Under the pieces are notes generated by a model. That model was not told the origin of the DNA, searched no databases, and worked only from the letters and a program-made list of their open reading frames with translations. Position numbers and translations under genes: made by a program. DNA of 44,980 nucleotides from an uncultured Oscillospiraceae bacterium (GTDB lineage Bacteria > Bacillota > Clostridia > Oscillospirales > Oscillospiraceae). The DNA is taken from positions 1 through 44,980 of the forward strand of contig CAZUAN010000002.1 in NCBI GenBank assembly GCA_964618385.1, read 5' to 3'. Shown in pieces: positions 31,888-40,715 of the stretch (positions are counted from its first letter, which is position 1; each line of letters begins with the position of its first letter).

Positions 31888-32793
31888 TCAAATCAGCGCC
31901 TCCACAAAATCCCCGGCCACAAAGGGCATCAGATCATCCGCCTGCTCGCCAACCCCTACAAACTTGACGGGAATCTGGAGGGTGTCCGCCACCGCGATGA
32001 CGATGCCCCCCTTGGCGGTGCCGTCCAGCTTGGTCAGTGCGATGGCGGTAACGCCGGCAATCTGCTGGAACTGCTTCGCCTGGATCAGGCCGTTCTGCCC
32101 TGTGGTGCCGTCCAGCACCAGCAGTACCTCCTTTGCCGCGTCGGGCAGCTCCCGGTTGATAATGCGGCTAATCTTGTTCAGCTCGTTCATCAGATTGGTT
32201 TTATTATGCAGGCGGCCTGCGGTATCGATCAGGATTACATCCGTGTCCCTGGCTCTGGCAGCCTGAATGCCGTCATAGACCACGGATGCAGGATCCGCTC
32301 CCTCATGCTGGCGCACAATGGCGGCGCCGCTCCGGCCTGCCCAAACCTCCAGCTGGTCGGCGGCGGCGGCCCGGAACGTGTCCCCCGCCACCAGCAGCAC
32401 CTTTTTCCCCTGCTGCGTAAGCTGCTTGGCAATCTTGCCAATGGTAGTGGTCTTGCCCACGCCGTTGACGCCGATGACCAGAATAACGGATGGCTTTGTG
32501 GACAGATTCAACTCTGTATCCCCCACGTTCAGCATGTCCGTCAAAATCTCTTTCAGCGCGGCTCTGGCTTCCTCCGTCGTCCGCAGATGCCGCTCCCGAA
32601 CAGTCCGGCGCAGACGGTCCGTGGCCTTCATCGCGGTATCCACGCCCAGATCCGCCAGAATCAGGCATTCCTCCAGCTCGTCATAAAAGTCCTCGTTGAT
32701 TTCGGAAAAACCGGAAAACACACTGCCCAGTGTCCCGCTTAAAGCATCCCGGGTTCTGGTCAGGCCAACTTTTATTTTGTCAAAAAAACCCAT
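31888..32793 (-). CDS. ftsY: SRP receptor
   Basis: GVNGVGKTTT, DTFRAAA, DTAGR, TKLDGTAKGG. Confidence 0.97.
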   Translation of the reverse strand: MGFFDKIKVGLTRTRDALSGTLGSVFSGFSEINEDFYDELEECLILADLGVDTAMKATDRLRRTVRERHLRTTEEARAALKEILTDMLNVGDTELNLSTKPSVILVIGVNGVGKTTTIGKIAKQLTQQGKKVLLVAGDTFRAAAADQLEVWAGRSGAAIVRQHEGADPASVVYDGIQAARARDTDVILIDTAGRLHNKTNLMNELNKISRIINRELPDAAKEVLLVLDGTTGQNGLIQAKQFQQIAGVTAIALTKLDGTAKGGIVIAVADTLQIPVKFVGVGEQADDLMPFVAGDFVEALI

Positions 32794-32805
32794 ATATTCG
32801 CTCCT

Positions 32806-35800
32806 TTATTCCGCAATACCCAGATATTCTTCCATCTGATTCAGATCCAGCCGCAGCAGCTTGGACACACCCTGCTCCTGCATTGTGACGCCGTAGAGTA
32901 CATCCGCCGCCTCCATGGTACCCCGGCGGTGGGTGATGACGATGAACTGGGTTTTCTTTGCCAGGCTGCGCAGGTAATTGGCAAAGCGCTCCACGTTCCG
33001 GTCATCCAGCGCCGCGTCGATCTCGTCCAGCAGACAGAACGGCGTAGGCCGAACCTTCAAAATGGCGAAGTACAGCGCTGTCGCCACAAACGCTTTCTCC
33101 CCGCCGGACAGCAGCGTGATGGTCTTCACCTGTTTTCCGGGAGGCTGAACCCGGATCTCAATGCCGCAGGTCAGAGGATTCTCCGGGTCCTCCAGAAGCA
33201 GCTTTCCCTTGCCGCCGCCGAACATTTCTTCGAAGGTCTGCCCGAAATAGTGGTCGATTTTTCCAAACTCCGCCACAAAAATTGCGGTCATTTCCTGGGT
33301 GATATTTCGGATGACGCTTTCCAGCTCCCGTTTTGCCTGCAATACGTCATCGCGTTGTCCCGCAAGATAGCTGTAGCGCTCGTTGATCCGGGCATATTCC
33401 TCAATGGCCCCCAGGTTTGGCGTTCCCAGCGCCGCGATTTTCCGTTTTAGCTCGGCGATCCGGCGGTTTCCGGCTGTGACGTTTTCGATCTCTCCCCGAT
33501 GCTCCGCCGCCGTGCCGGGAGTCAGTCCATAGGAGTCCCACAGCTTGTCAATAATCTGCCGTTCCTCCATGGACGATGTAACCTTTTTCTGTTCCAGCAG
33601 GGCGCAGGCCCGCTCCATGTTCAGAATATCCTTATTCTTGTTCTGGGCTTCCCGTTCCGCCCGGGTTTTGGAGGCTTCCGACTCCGCCCGATCCGACATA
33701 GTCTGCTGCATCCGGGCATTCATCTGGGCGCTCTGCGCGTCATTCTCCTCCTGACGGGCCTTCAGGTCGGCAATTTCCCCCTCCAGCCTGGCGGAATCCT
33801 CCCGGATCGCGTTCATCAGCGCCTCTTTTTTCTCCCGGTCGCCTTCCATGGCAGAGCGCAGCTGCTGCAGATCTCCGATATGGGCCAGCGCCGTGGAGCG
33901 CTCGGCATCCAGCGCCGCCTCGTCTGTTTTCAGCGCGGTCATCCGGTCAGAAATTGCGGCGGTGGCTTCAGACGCCTGGGTTTGGCTGCCCTGCAATTGC
34001 TCCAGCTCTGTTCTGATTTCGTCCAGCTGCTGGGTATAGGTCTGAACTTTCGTCTGCTGGGATGTGTACCGCTCCCGGTCGGAACGGTCCCGCTCCATCA
34101 GGGATTCCTTTTCCCGCTGAGCGGATGTCTCGGCCTCCGCCACAGCGTTCCGGAGAATCTCGTGCTGTTTTTCCTGCCCCTGCAGACGAAGCACCCGGTC
34201 CTCCGCTTCCCGAAGCTGATCCTGCGCGGCGCTTATCTGGAATGCCACCTGATCGCATTGCCGCTGAGCCTCCTGCACCTGTGCCTCCAGAACCAGCTTG
34301 TCGCGCTGGAGCTGCTGCTCCTGAGCCGTCAGCTTTTCCAGTTCATTGGCCCGGGTCAGGATTCCCGCCTCTTTGTTGACGGAACCGCCGGTCATGGAGC
34401 CGCCCGGATTCATGACCTGGCCGTCCAGCGTGACAATCTTAAATCGGCCCCGGTATTTCTGGGACATACGGATCGCCGCGTCCATATCCTGGACAATGAC
34501 GGTTCTGGCCAGCAGGTTGTCCACAATGCCCCGATACCGGGAATCGCTGGTCACAAGACGGGAGGCGATTCCCACAAAGCCCCGGCAATCCTCCAGCCCA
34601 TTTTCCTGCAGAGTTTTCCCCTGAATGGCGCTCATGGGCAGAAAGGTGGCCCGTCCGCCGCCCGTTCGCTTTAAGTAGGCAATGGCCGCCTTGCCGTCCT
34701 GCTCGTTGCCGACCACGATCTGCTGCATGGCCGCCCCCAGAGCGATTTCAATGGCCACCGTATAGGTGTCCTCCGTGCGGATCAGACGGGAAACAGGGCC
34801 ATGAATGTTTTGCAGAGTTCCCCGCTGGGCTTCCTGCATGACCAGCCGGACGGCCTTGCTGTAACTCTCAAAGTCCCGCTCCATGGCGCGGTACACCCGG
34901 GCTTTTGCTGTGACGGACTCCAGCCCGGCTGTCAGCTCCCGCATGGACTTCTGCAGATCCTCCAGCCGCTTCATTCGGGTATTCCGGCGCAAGGTGTAAC
35001 CGGCAATGGTATTGTTTGCCGCAGTGATGTCCTCTTGTGCCTTTTGCAGCTCCTGGCGGCACTTGTCCAGATTGGTCTGAGCCTCGTGATGCCTGGCGGC
35101 ACCGGCTGCCAGGTCGCCGTTCAGCTGCTCCAATCGCTGCCTGGTCTGCACCATGCTGTCCTCCAGGCCCCGGACATCGGCCTGTCGGCCTGCGATATCC
35201 GCCGCCAGAGAGGATTCCTTCCCCCGCAGTTCCAGGAACTGCTTTGTAAGACCCTGGGCGTTGGCAGTCATGGCGGCGAGCTGCTGCTGTAACCCATCCA
35301 GCTCCGCGCGTTTGGCAGAAAGACTGGCTTCAATCTGTGCAACCCGGGCCTGCGTCTGGCCGATCTGGCCCGCAAGGCCGCCGCTGCGGTCCTCCTGGCC
35401 CTTCAGTTCTTCTTCAATCCGGGCAAGATTGCCGTTGTTGTTTTCCACATTGCCCTGGAGCACCGCCATCTGGCCATCCAGCTGCTGGTGGGTGGCGCCG
35501 AGCATATTGACCTTCACCCGGACGGTTTCCAATTCATTATCCCGCTTGCGCAGCTGATCTCCCCATTCCTCCGCCTGCCGATAGAGGACGTCCAGTTCGT
35601 CATGGGCCTGCTGCAAAACGAAGGACGCAGACGCGTAATCCTCTTCCGCTTTCTTGGCAGCAGCGGACAGCTTTTCCAGGGTGTCCAGCCAGACGGCCAC
35701 CTCCACCCCCTTCAGTTCATCCTTCAGCTCCAGATATTTCTTTGCCCTTTCGGACTGGGCCTTCAGCGGTTCCAGCTGCAGCTCCAGCTCGGAGACCTTG

Positions 35801-36378
35801 TCGCCGATGCGGAGCAGATTCTCCTCGGTGGAAGCCAGCTTCCGCTCGGCTTCCTCCTTGCGGTGGCGGTATTTGGAAATTCCCGCGGCCTCCTCAAAAA
35901 TCTCCCGGCGGTCGGCGCTTTTCAGGGATAAGATTTCGTCGATCCTGCCCTGGCCGATGTTGGAATACCCCTCCCGGCCCAGGCCCGTGTCCATGAACAT
36001 CTCGTTGATGTCCCGTAGCCGGGCGGACTGTTTATTGATGTAGTACTCGCTGTCGCCGGAACGGTAATACCGCCGGGTAACCATGACCTCGTCAGCGTCG
36101 TAGGCCAGCGCCCGATCCGAATTGTCCAGTGTCAGCGTTGCTTCCGCGAAGCCCACCGCAGAACGCTTCTGCGTTCCGCCGAAGATCACATCTTCCATTT
36201 TGGCGCCCCGCAGGGTTTTTGTGCTTTGTTCCCCCATGACCCAGAGAATGGCGTCGGAAATATTGGATTTTCCGGAGCCGTTGGGTCCGACAATGGCGGT
36301 AATGTCATCGCCGAACCGGATCAGCGTCTTGTCGGGAAAGGATTTAAAGCCCTGCAATTCCAATGATCTCAGATACAC
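32806..36378 (-). CDS. smc: Chromosome segregation protein SMC
   Basis: GFKSF, GPNGSGKSN, hinge GRATF...GGSMTGG, LSGGE, LLDEIDAALD. Confidence 0.98.
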   Translation of the reverse strand: MYLRSLELQGFKSFPDKTLIRFGDDITAIVGPNGSGKSNISDAILWVMGEQSTKTLRGAKMEDVIFGGTQKRSAVGFAEATLTLDNSDRALAYDADEVMVTRRYYRSGDSEYYINKQSARLRDINEMFMDTGLGREGYSNIGQGRIDEILSLKSADRREIFEEAAGISKYRHRKEEAERKLASTEENLLRIGDKVSELELQLEPLKAQSERAKKYLELKDELKGVEVAVWLDTLEKLSAAAKKAEEDYASASFVLQQAHDELDVLYRQAEEWGDQLRKRDNELETVRVKVNMLGATHQQLDGQMAVLQGNVENNNGNLARIEEELKGQEDRSGGLAGQIGQTQARVAQIEASLSAKRAELDGLQQQLAAMTANAQGLTKQFLELRGKESSLAADIAGRQADVRGLEDSMVQTRQRLEQLNGDLAAGAARHHEAQTNLDKCRQELQKAQEDITAANNTIAGYTLRRNTRMKRLEDLQKSMRELTAGLESVTAKARVYRAMERDFESYSKAVRLVMQEAQRGTLQNIHGPVSRLIRTEDTYTVAIEIALGAAMQQIVVGNEQDGKAAIAYLKRTGGGRATFLPMSAIQGKTLQENGLEDCRGFVGIASRLVTSDSRYRGIVDNLLARTVIVQDMDAAIRMSQKYRGRFKIVTLDGQVMNPGGSMTGGSVNKEAGILTRANELEKLTAQEQQLQRDKLVLEAQVQEAQRQCDQVAFQISAAQDQLREAEDRVLRLQGQEKQHEILRNAVAEAETSAQREKESLMERDRSDRERYTSQQTKVQTYTQQLDEIRTELEQLQGSQTQASEATAAISDRMTALKTDEAALDAERSTALAHIGDLQQLRSAMEGDREKKEALMNAIREDSARLEGEIADLKARQEENDAQSAQMNARMQQTMSDRAESEASKTRAEREAQNKNKDILNMERACALLEQKKVTSSMEERQIIDKLWDSYGLTPGTAAEHRGEIENVTAGNRRIAELKRKIAALGTPNLGAIEEYARINERYSYLAGQRDDVLQAKRELESVIRNITQEMTAIFVAEFGKIDHYFGQTFEEMFGGGKGKLLLEDPENPLTCGIEIRVQPPGKQVKTITLLSGGEKAFVATALYFAILKVRPTPFCLLDEIDAALDDRNVERFANYLRSLAKKTQFIVITHRRGTMEAADVLYGVTMQEQGVSKLLRLDLNQMEEYLGIAE

Positions 36379-36413
36379 AGCATAACCTCATGTGAAAGAA
36401 AATAATTCAGTTT

Positions 36414-36442
36414 ATTATATTCGAAAAGCCATATAATTGCAA
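36414..36442 (-). promoter_or_regulatory. SigA promoter for the smc operon
   Basis: Minus strand TTGCAA-17 bp-TATAAT. Confidence 0.75.
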
Positions 36443-36543
36443 GGGTTTCTTTCGTTTTCTCGCGGGAAACCCGCCGGAAAGCACGCGCAGCGGAACAATC
36501 TCCCATCCGTCCGGCTGGGCTTCCCGGGCCGGAATTCTTTTTA

Positions 36544-36572
36544 TTGACACATCCGCCGAAAAGATGTACCAT
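36544..36572 (+). promoter_or_regulatory. SigA promoter upstream of element B and the gtrII-like gene
   Basis: TTGACA-17 bp-TACCAT. Confidence 0.6.
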
Positions 36573-36577
36573 AACTA

Positions 36578-36736
36578 ATATGGATTCTTTATAAAACCGT
36601 TCGGTTTTATAAAGAAGGAACCGCCTGATGGCGCTTCCCTTTTGCGGCGAACCGCCGCAAAAGCCGTCTCATACCGTTCTTAACGCACCTGCGGTGCGAT
36701 AAAAAGGTTTTCAACCTTTTTCATAAGAACCTGTAT
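36578..36736. repeat. Modular palindromic element, copy B
   Basis: TTCTTTATAAAACCG/CGGTTTTATAAAGAA; GGAACCGCC-TGAT-GGCGCTTCC; CTTTTGCGGCG/CGCCGCAAAAG; CCGTCTCAT; then a second module ATACCGTTCTTA...TAAGAACCTGTAT (36671-36736). Confidence 0.85.
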
Positions 36737-36768
36737 AAGAATGAATCATCGACAAAAGGAGTCAAATT

Positions 36769-38340
36769 ATGGAACAGAATACCCTTCACCAGCCCCTGCT
36801 TGTGGAAAAAGCGGTCCGATGGCTTGCCGGGCGCATACGGGCAAACAAAGTCCCCCTCCTGTCTTGCGCCATTTTCGGCGCGTTGGCCTATATGTTCGCT
36901 TTTACCAACAAGCTGGTCAATCACGATGATGTTTTCTGTCTGTTCACCAAAGGCGAGACAGTCACCTCCGGACGCTGGGGCCTGGGGCTGATGGACAGTA
37001 TTTTCCCCAATTTCTCCATGCCCTGGATCTACGGCGTGATCACCATCGCGCTGATTGCGGTCGCGGTCTGCCTGATTATCCGCATTCTTTCCATTCAGAG
37101 CAAGCTGCTTCAGGTGCTTCTGGCCGGCAGTATTGTGGTATTCCCCTCCCTGATCGGCACCTTCGGCTATATGTTTACCAGCAGCTCCTACGGCGTTTCG
37201 TTCCTTCTGGCTGTGCTGGCAGTCTGGCTCGCGGAGAAACCGTCCAAATGGTACGCCTTTCCGTCCATCGCCATTCTGGTTCTGTCTCTGAGCATCTATC
37301 AGCCATACGTTTCGATCTGCGCGGGACTGTTTCTTTTGATCCTGATTCGTCAGCTGATGCTGGGGGAAAAGCCCTCCGCCGTTGTTTTCCGCGGCGTCTA
37401 CTATGTAGCGATTCTGCTGATTTCCATGGTTCTGTATTACATAGCCACCAAAGTTGTCCTGTACATCACCGGCAACTCCTTCAATTCCTATGCCACGCAC
37501 AATCTCTCCCTGAGCCTTTCTTCCATCCTGTCCGGTATTGGTCTGGCTTATTCCCGGTTCCTGTGTTTTCTGACAGAGGACTACTATGTCGGTCTGATTC
37601 CCTCCCACATGTCCCGGCTGCTGCACCTTTTCGCGCTGGCTGCCAGCGCTTTGCTTCTTCTGATCTGGGGATTGCATCAGCAGAAGAAAAGCGCGGCCCG
37701 CTTTCTGCTGCTGGCGCTGCTGATCGTCCTGCTTCCGCTGGCCGTCAACTGTATGTACCTCATTGTCGCGGAGGACGCCGTCCACACGCTTGTGCTTTAC
37801 GGCTTTATCAGCGTCTATATCCTGATGGTTCTGCTTGCCGATCTGTGCCTGCCCCTGGCCATGCATGGGAAGCTGGCCGATCTATGCCGCCGCCTGGCAC
37901 TGGACGCCGTGGTTCTTGCCTTGGCCGTCATCCTGACCGTAAATGTTTATACCGCCAATGAAGCCTACCTGAATCTGTACCTCCGATACGAAAACGCGTA
38001 CGCGTTTTACACTTCCCTTGTTGCGGATCTCAAACTGATGCCGGAATTTTCCGAAAACACCAAGCTGGCAGTCATTGGTCCTTATCAGAATCCCGATTTT
38101 TATTTCGATTCCGAGCGGTTTGAATTTACTGCGCATCTTACGGGTGTTACCGGGTTTTTTGTAGACAGCTATTCCGCGGAACGCTTCCTGCAATATTATC
38201 TGGGTGTCTCCATCCCCTTCGCCGCGGAGGAGGAAATCGAGGCCATCCAAAGCACCCCGGAATTTGAGGCCATGGCTGTCTATCCTTACTACGGCTCCAT
38301 GGCTATGTTCGGGGATATTCTGGTGGTTAAGCTTTCCTGA
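36769..38340 (+). CDS. GtrII-like (Glucos_trans_II) polytopic membrane glucosyltransferase
   Basis: NHDD..SGRWGL, LSLSIYQPY, many TM helices, C-terminal M..YPYYGSM; AAGGAG RBS. Confidence 0.8.
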   Translation: MEQNTLHQPLLVEKAVRWLAGRIRANKVPLLSCAIFGALAYMFAFTNKLVNHDDVFCLFTKGETVTSGRWGLGLMDSIFPNFSMPWIYGVITIALIAVAVCLIIRILSIQSKLLQVLLAGSIVVFPSLIGTFGYMFTSSSYGVSFLLAVLAVWLAEKPSKWYAFPSIAILVLSLSIYQPYVSICAGLFLLILIRQLMLGEKPSAVVFRGVYYVAILLISMVLYYIATKVVLYITGNSFNSYATHNLSLSLSSILSGIGLAYSRFLCFLTEDYYVGLIPSHMSRLLHLFALAASALLLLIWGLHQQKKSAARFLLLALLIVLLPLAVNCMYLIVAEDAVHTLVLYGFISVYILMVLLADLCLPLAMHGKLADLCRRLALDAVVLALAVILTVNVYTANEAYLNLYLRYENAYAFYTSLVADLKLMPEFSENTKLAVIGPYQNPDFYFDSERFEFTAHLTGVTGFFVDSYSAERFLQYYLGVSIPFAAEEEIEAIQSTPEFEAMAVYPYYGSMAMFGDILVVKLS

Positions 38341-38498
38341 AGCGCGTTGTAATCAGAAAAGGGGTCCATTCCCCGGATACCGTGAAATCTCCAATCACAG
38401 CTGGCCCGGTCTGTGGCCTGTCCCGGACTTTTCCGGCTGACCGTTTTCGGAAACCGCCGGAGGCACAGAGAACCGTACCCCGTTATCGTTACGAAACA

Positions 38499-38532
38499 GC
38501 CCGGGAAACGGCAGGTTTGCCGTTTCCCGGGC
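38499..38532. terminator. Hairpin between convergent gtrII-like and DUF305 genes
   Basis: GCCCGGGAAACGGCA-GGTT-TGCCGTTTCCCGGGC, 15-bp stem. Confidence 0.7.
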
Positions 38533-38540
38533 CATTCCAT

Positions 38541-39116
38541 TTACGCTTGATATCCCATGCGCCGCAATAGCCGCTGCATCCGGCAAATACCGCGCTTCTG
38601 TGATGTCAGGATTGCCTCCGCAATGGGCCTTAGCTCCGGACAGATGTCATAGCTCAGAGCATTTTCCGACATTTCCACCGCGCCCCGGTGGTGGGGAATC
38701 ATCTGCCGCAGAAAATCCGCAGTTATGTCGTTGCTGACACAGGCATTTTGCATGCCCGCGAACATCTCCGGAAGAATCCGGCCGACCCGCTGCTGATAGG
38801 TGCGCACGTCCGTTTCCCGGTTGACCTGCTCTGAGCAGCTCGGCATGACCCGCTCCATGCTTTCCACGCTGTTGGTCTGCTCCCGGATGATCCGCTTGGC
38901 GATCTCCTCCACCGAAACGCAGGTGGTGTACTTCAGAATGTTGTAGGACATTTCAATCGCCGCCTGGTGGTGGGGAATCATCTGTACAATGAAATCGCGG
39001 GAAATGCTGTCCGTCAGTTCTGTCCCGCTCATGCGCCGGATCATCCTGTCCAGAATTTGCCGGAAGGTGTTCCAGTACTCCTTCGCCGCGTCGCTCAAGC
39101 CGCAAAATTGGTTCAT
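38541..39116 (-). CDS. DUF305 (ferritin-like) domain protein
   Basis: Duplicated motif FIVQMIPHHQAAIEMS / FLRQMIPHHRGAVEMS; AAGGAGG RBS. Confidence 0.85.
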   Translation of the reverse strand: MNQFCGLSDAAKEYWNTFRQILDRMIRRMSGTELTDSISRDFIVQMIPHHQAAIEMSYNILKYTTCVSVEEIAKRIIREQTNSVESMERVMPSCSEQVNRETDVRTYQQRVGRILPEMFAGMQNACVSNDITADFLRQMIPHHRGAVEMSENALSYDICPELRPIAEAILTSQKRGICRMQRLLRRMGYQA

Positions 39117-39136
39117 AACATCGCCGCCTCCTTACC

Positions 39137-39163
39137 AGCTTATGCGGAAGGAAGGAAAAATGC
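39137..39163 (-). promoter_or_regulatory. Candidate sporulation (SigE/SigG-like) promoter for DUF305
   Basis: Minus strand GCAT-15 bp-CATAAGCT immediately before the RBS. Confidence 0.4.
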
Positions 39164-39193
39164 CCCAAAGTCACCCCTGCGGAAGCCTGGAGA

Positions 39194-40381
39194 TCAGCGG
39201 CGGCATGGCCGGCTGCAGCAGCGCTCAATCTTGTCCGCCGCGCCCTCAGCCCCGGGACATGCCCGGAAGCCTTCGGCAATGCGGGCAGCATGCTCCCCAT
39301 AGGCGGGGTCCTCCAAAACACGCCTGACCGCTTCCCGGATGGCCTTCGGAGCCGTTCTGTTCAGGCGAAGGCCGGCTCCCAGCTGTTCCACCCGGGCAGC
39401 CACACCCCTTTGCTCCGCAGTCATTGGCAGCATCACCAGAGGGACTCCAAAATACAGGCTCTCACTGACGCTGTTCATGCCGCAGTGGGACACAAAGACG
39501 TCCGCCTGTTCCAGCACCGCGATCTGGTCAACCGAGGGATAAACCGCAGTTCCCTCCGGCAGGGCCCCAAGGCCGGCGATATCCGCCTGCTGCCCCACGG
39601 ATAGGATTACCTGCCAGGGCATATCCTTCAGCGCGGCAAGGCAGCTGCGATACAGGGGCAGCATGTTGTTGTTCACCGTGCCCATGGAAATGTACACCAG
39701 TCTGTCCCGGGTCTTTTCCACCTTCTCCGCCGCGGGACGGATGGAAGGGCCGACAAACGCGTATTTCTCCGGGAAGGTTTCCGCGCAGGGCTGGAATTGA
39801 GGCGAGGTGTAGACAATGGTATCGACCCGGTCATCGCTGGCAATGAGGTCCAGAATGCTTTTCACAGGATAGCCCCTGTCTTGCAGGCGCCGGATCTGCC
39901 GGTTCACCTCACGCATGGAGAAGGCCATGGAAACCAGGTCTTTTATGCTTTTTTTCATGATTTTGGCGGAATACCGGTTGAAGGCGAAGGTGGTGGTGGA
40001 ACAGACGAAGGGGATGCCCAGCTTCATCGCTATGGCCTTGCCCCACACCGCCATGGAATCCGCCACAATGCAGTCGGGCCGCAGCCGTTCCATTTCCGCG
40101 CAGACCATCTCGTCCAGAGCCAGCGTCGTATCCACCAGCACCCGAGTGGACAAGGCCAAATCAGAGCCGATTCCGGCCCCTTCCCGGGGTGTCAGACGCA
40201 GTTCCGCATCGAAATCGTCACAGGCCACAAAAACCGCCCCGGCCGCTTCAATTTTCTCCTGCAGCATCCGATAGGAATAATACAGAACCTCATGCCCCCG
40301 GGCCGTCAGCTCCCGGACAACGCCCAGGGTGGGATTGGTATGGCCCTGGGCGGGAATACAGAAAAAAACGATACGGCTCAT
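39194..40381 (-). CDS. MGT/OleD-like GT1 family small-molecule glycosyltransferase
   Basis: PAQGHTNPTL (catalytic His), VYISMGT, QIAVL..ADVFVSHCGMNSVSESLYFGVPLV..P..AEQ (UDPGT signature). Confidence 0.92.
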   Translation of the reverse strand: MSRIVFFCIPAQGHTNPTLGVVRELTARGHEVLYYSYRMLQEKIEAAGAVFVACDDFDAELRLTPREGAGIGSDLALSTRVLVDTTLALDEMVCAEMERLRPDCIVADSMAVWGKAIAMKLGIPFVCSTTTFAFNRYSAKIMKKSIKDLVSMAFSMREVNRQIRRLQDRGYPVKSILDLIASDDRVDTIVYTSPQFQPCAETFPEKYAFVGPSIRPAAEKVEKTRDRLVYISMGTVNNNMLPLYRSCLAALKDMPWQVILSVGQQADIAGLGALPEGTAVYPSVDQIAVLEQADVFVSHCGMNSVSESLYFGVPLVMLPMTAEQRGVAARVEQLGAGLRLNRTAPKAIREAVRRVLEDPAYGEHAARIAEGFRACPGAEGAADKIERCCSRPCRR

Positions 40382-40382
40382 G

Positions 40383-40598
40383 CTATTCCTCCCCGCTGAA
40401 CTCCTCGAAAATACGGGAGAAATATTGTTCGCTCACGCGCTTCGGCGGAATGGCGATGCCTTTTTCCTGATCTGCCAGCACCAGAATGGTCTGCCCGGGA
40501 TACAGGCCAAACAGCTCCCTGGCCTCTTTTGGGATAACAAACTGTCCCTTTTCCCCGATCTTGACCATCCAGGCATACTTGCCCTCCGGAACATTCAT
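40383..40598 (-). CDS. AbrB/MazE/SpoVT family DNA-binding protein
   Basis: VKIGEKGQFVIPKEARELFGLYPGQ; AAGGAGG RBS. Confidence 0.9.
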   Translation of the reverse strand: MNVPEGKYAWMVKIGEKGQFVIPKEARELFGLYPGQTILVLADQEKGIAIPPKRVSEQYFSRIFEEFSGEE

Positions 40599-40611
40599 AG
40601 TAAAATCCTCC

Positions 40612-40662
40612 TTGAGTATGATTTGTCATACCAATCATACTCAAATATCCGATCATTGTCAA
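40612..40662 (-). promoter_or_regulatory. SigA promoter with overlapping inverted-repeat operator for the AbrB-MGT operon
   Basis: Minus strand TTGACA(40662-40657)-17 bp-TATGAT(40639-40634); perfect IR TTGAGTATGATT-N9-AATCATACTCAA at 40612-40644. Confidence 0.75.
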
Positions 40663-40670
40663 GCATCTTC

Positions 40671-40699
40671 ACACATTTTTTCCCGGAGGCGCATATTCT
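40671..40699 (+). promoter_or_regulatory. Candidate sporulation (SigK-like) promoter for the M14 peptidase
   Basis: ACAC-17 bp-CATATTCT before the GAGGTG RBS. Confidence 0.45.
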
Positions 40700-40715
40700 A
40701 ATCAGAGGTGATTTT

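Noticed and set aside
36623-36635. GCCTGATGGCGCT resembling the enterobacterial REP consensus
   Set aside because: The match is short, the GTAG/CTAC end and second arm are missing, and it is not kept in the other copies; treated as coincidence.
40329-40715. N-terminal extension of the M14 ORF in the track; likewise upstream extensions of gmk, the desulfurase, DUF3343, pfk, atpD, atpF and rsfS
   Set aside because: They overlap neighbouring genes or promoters; downstream starts have proper RBSs and match family N-termini.
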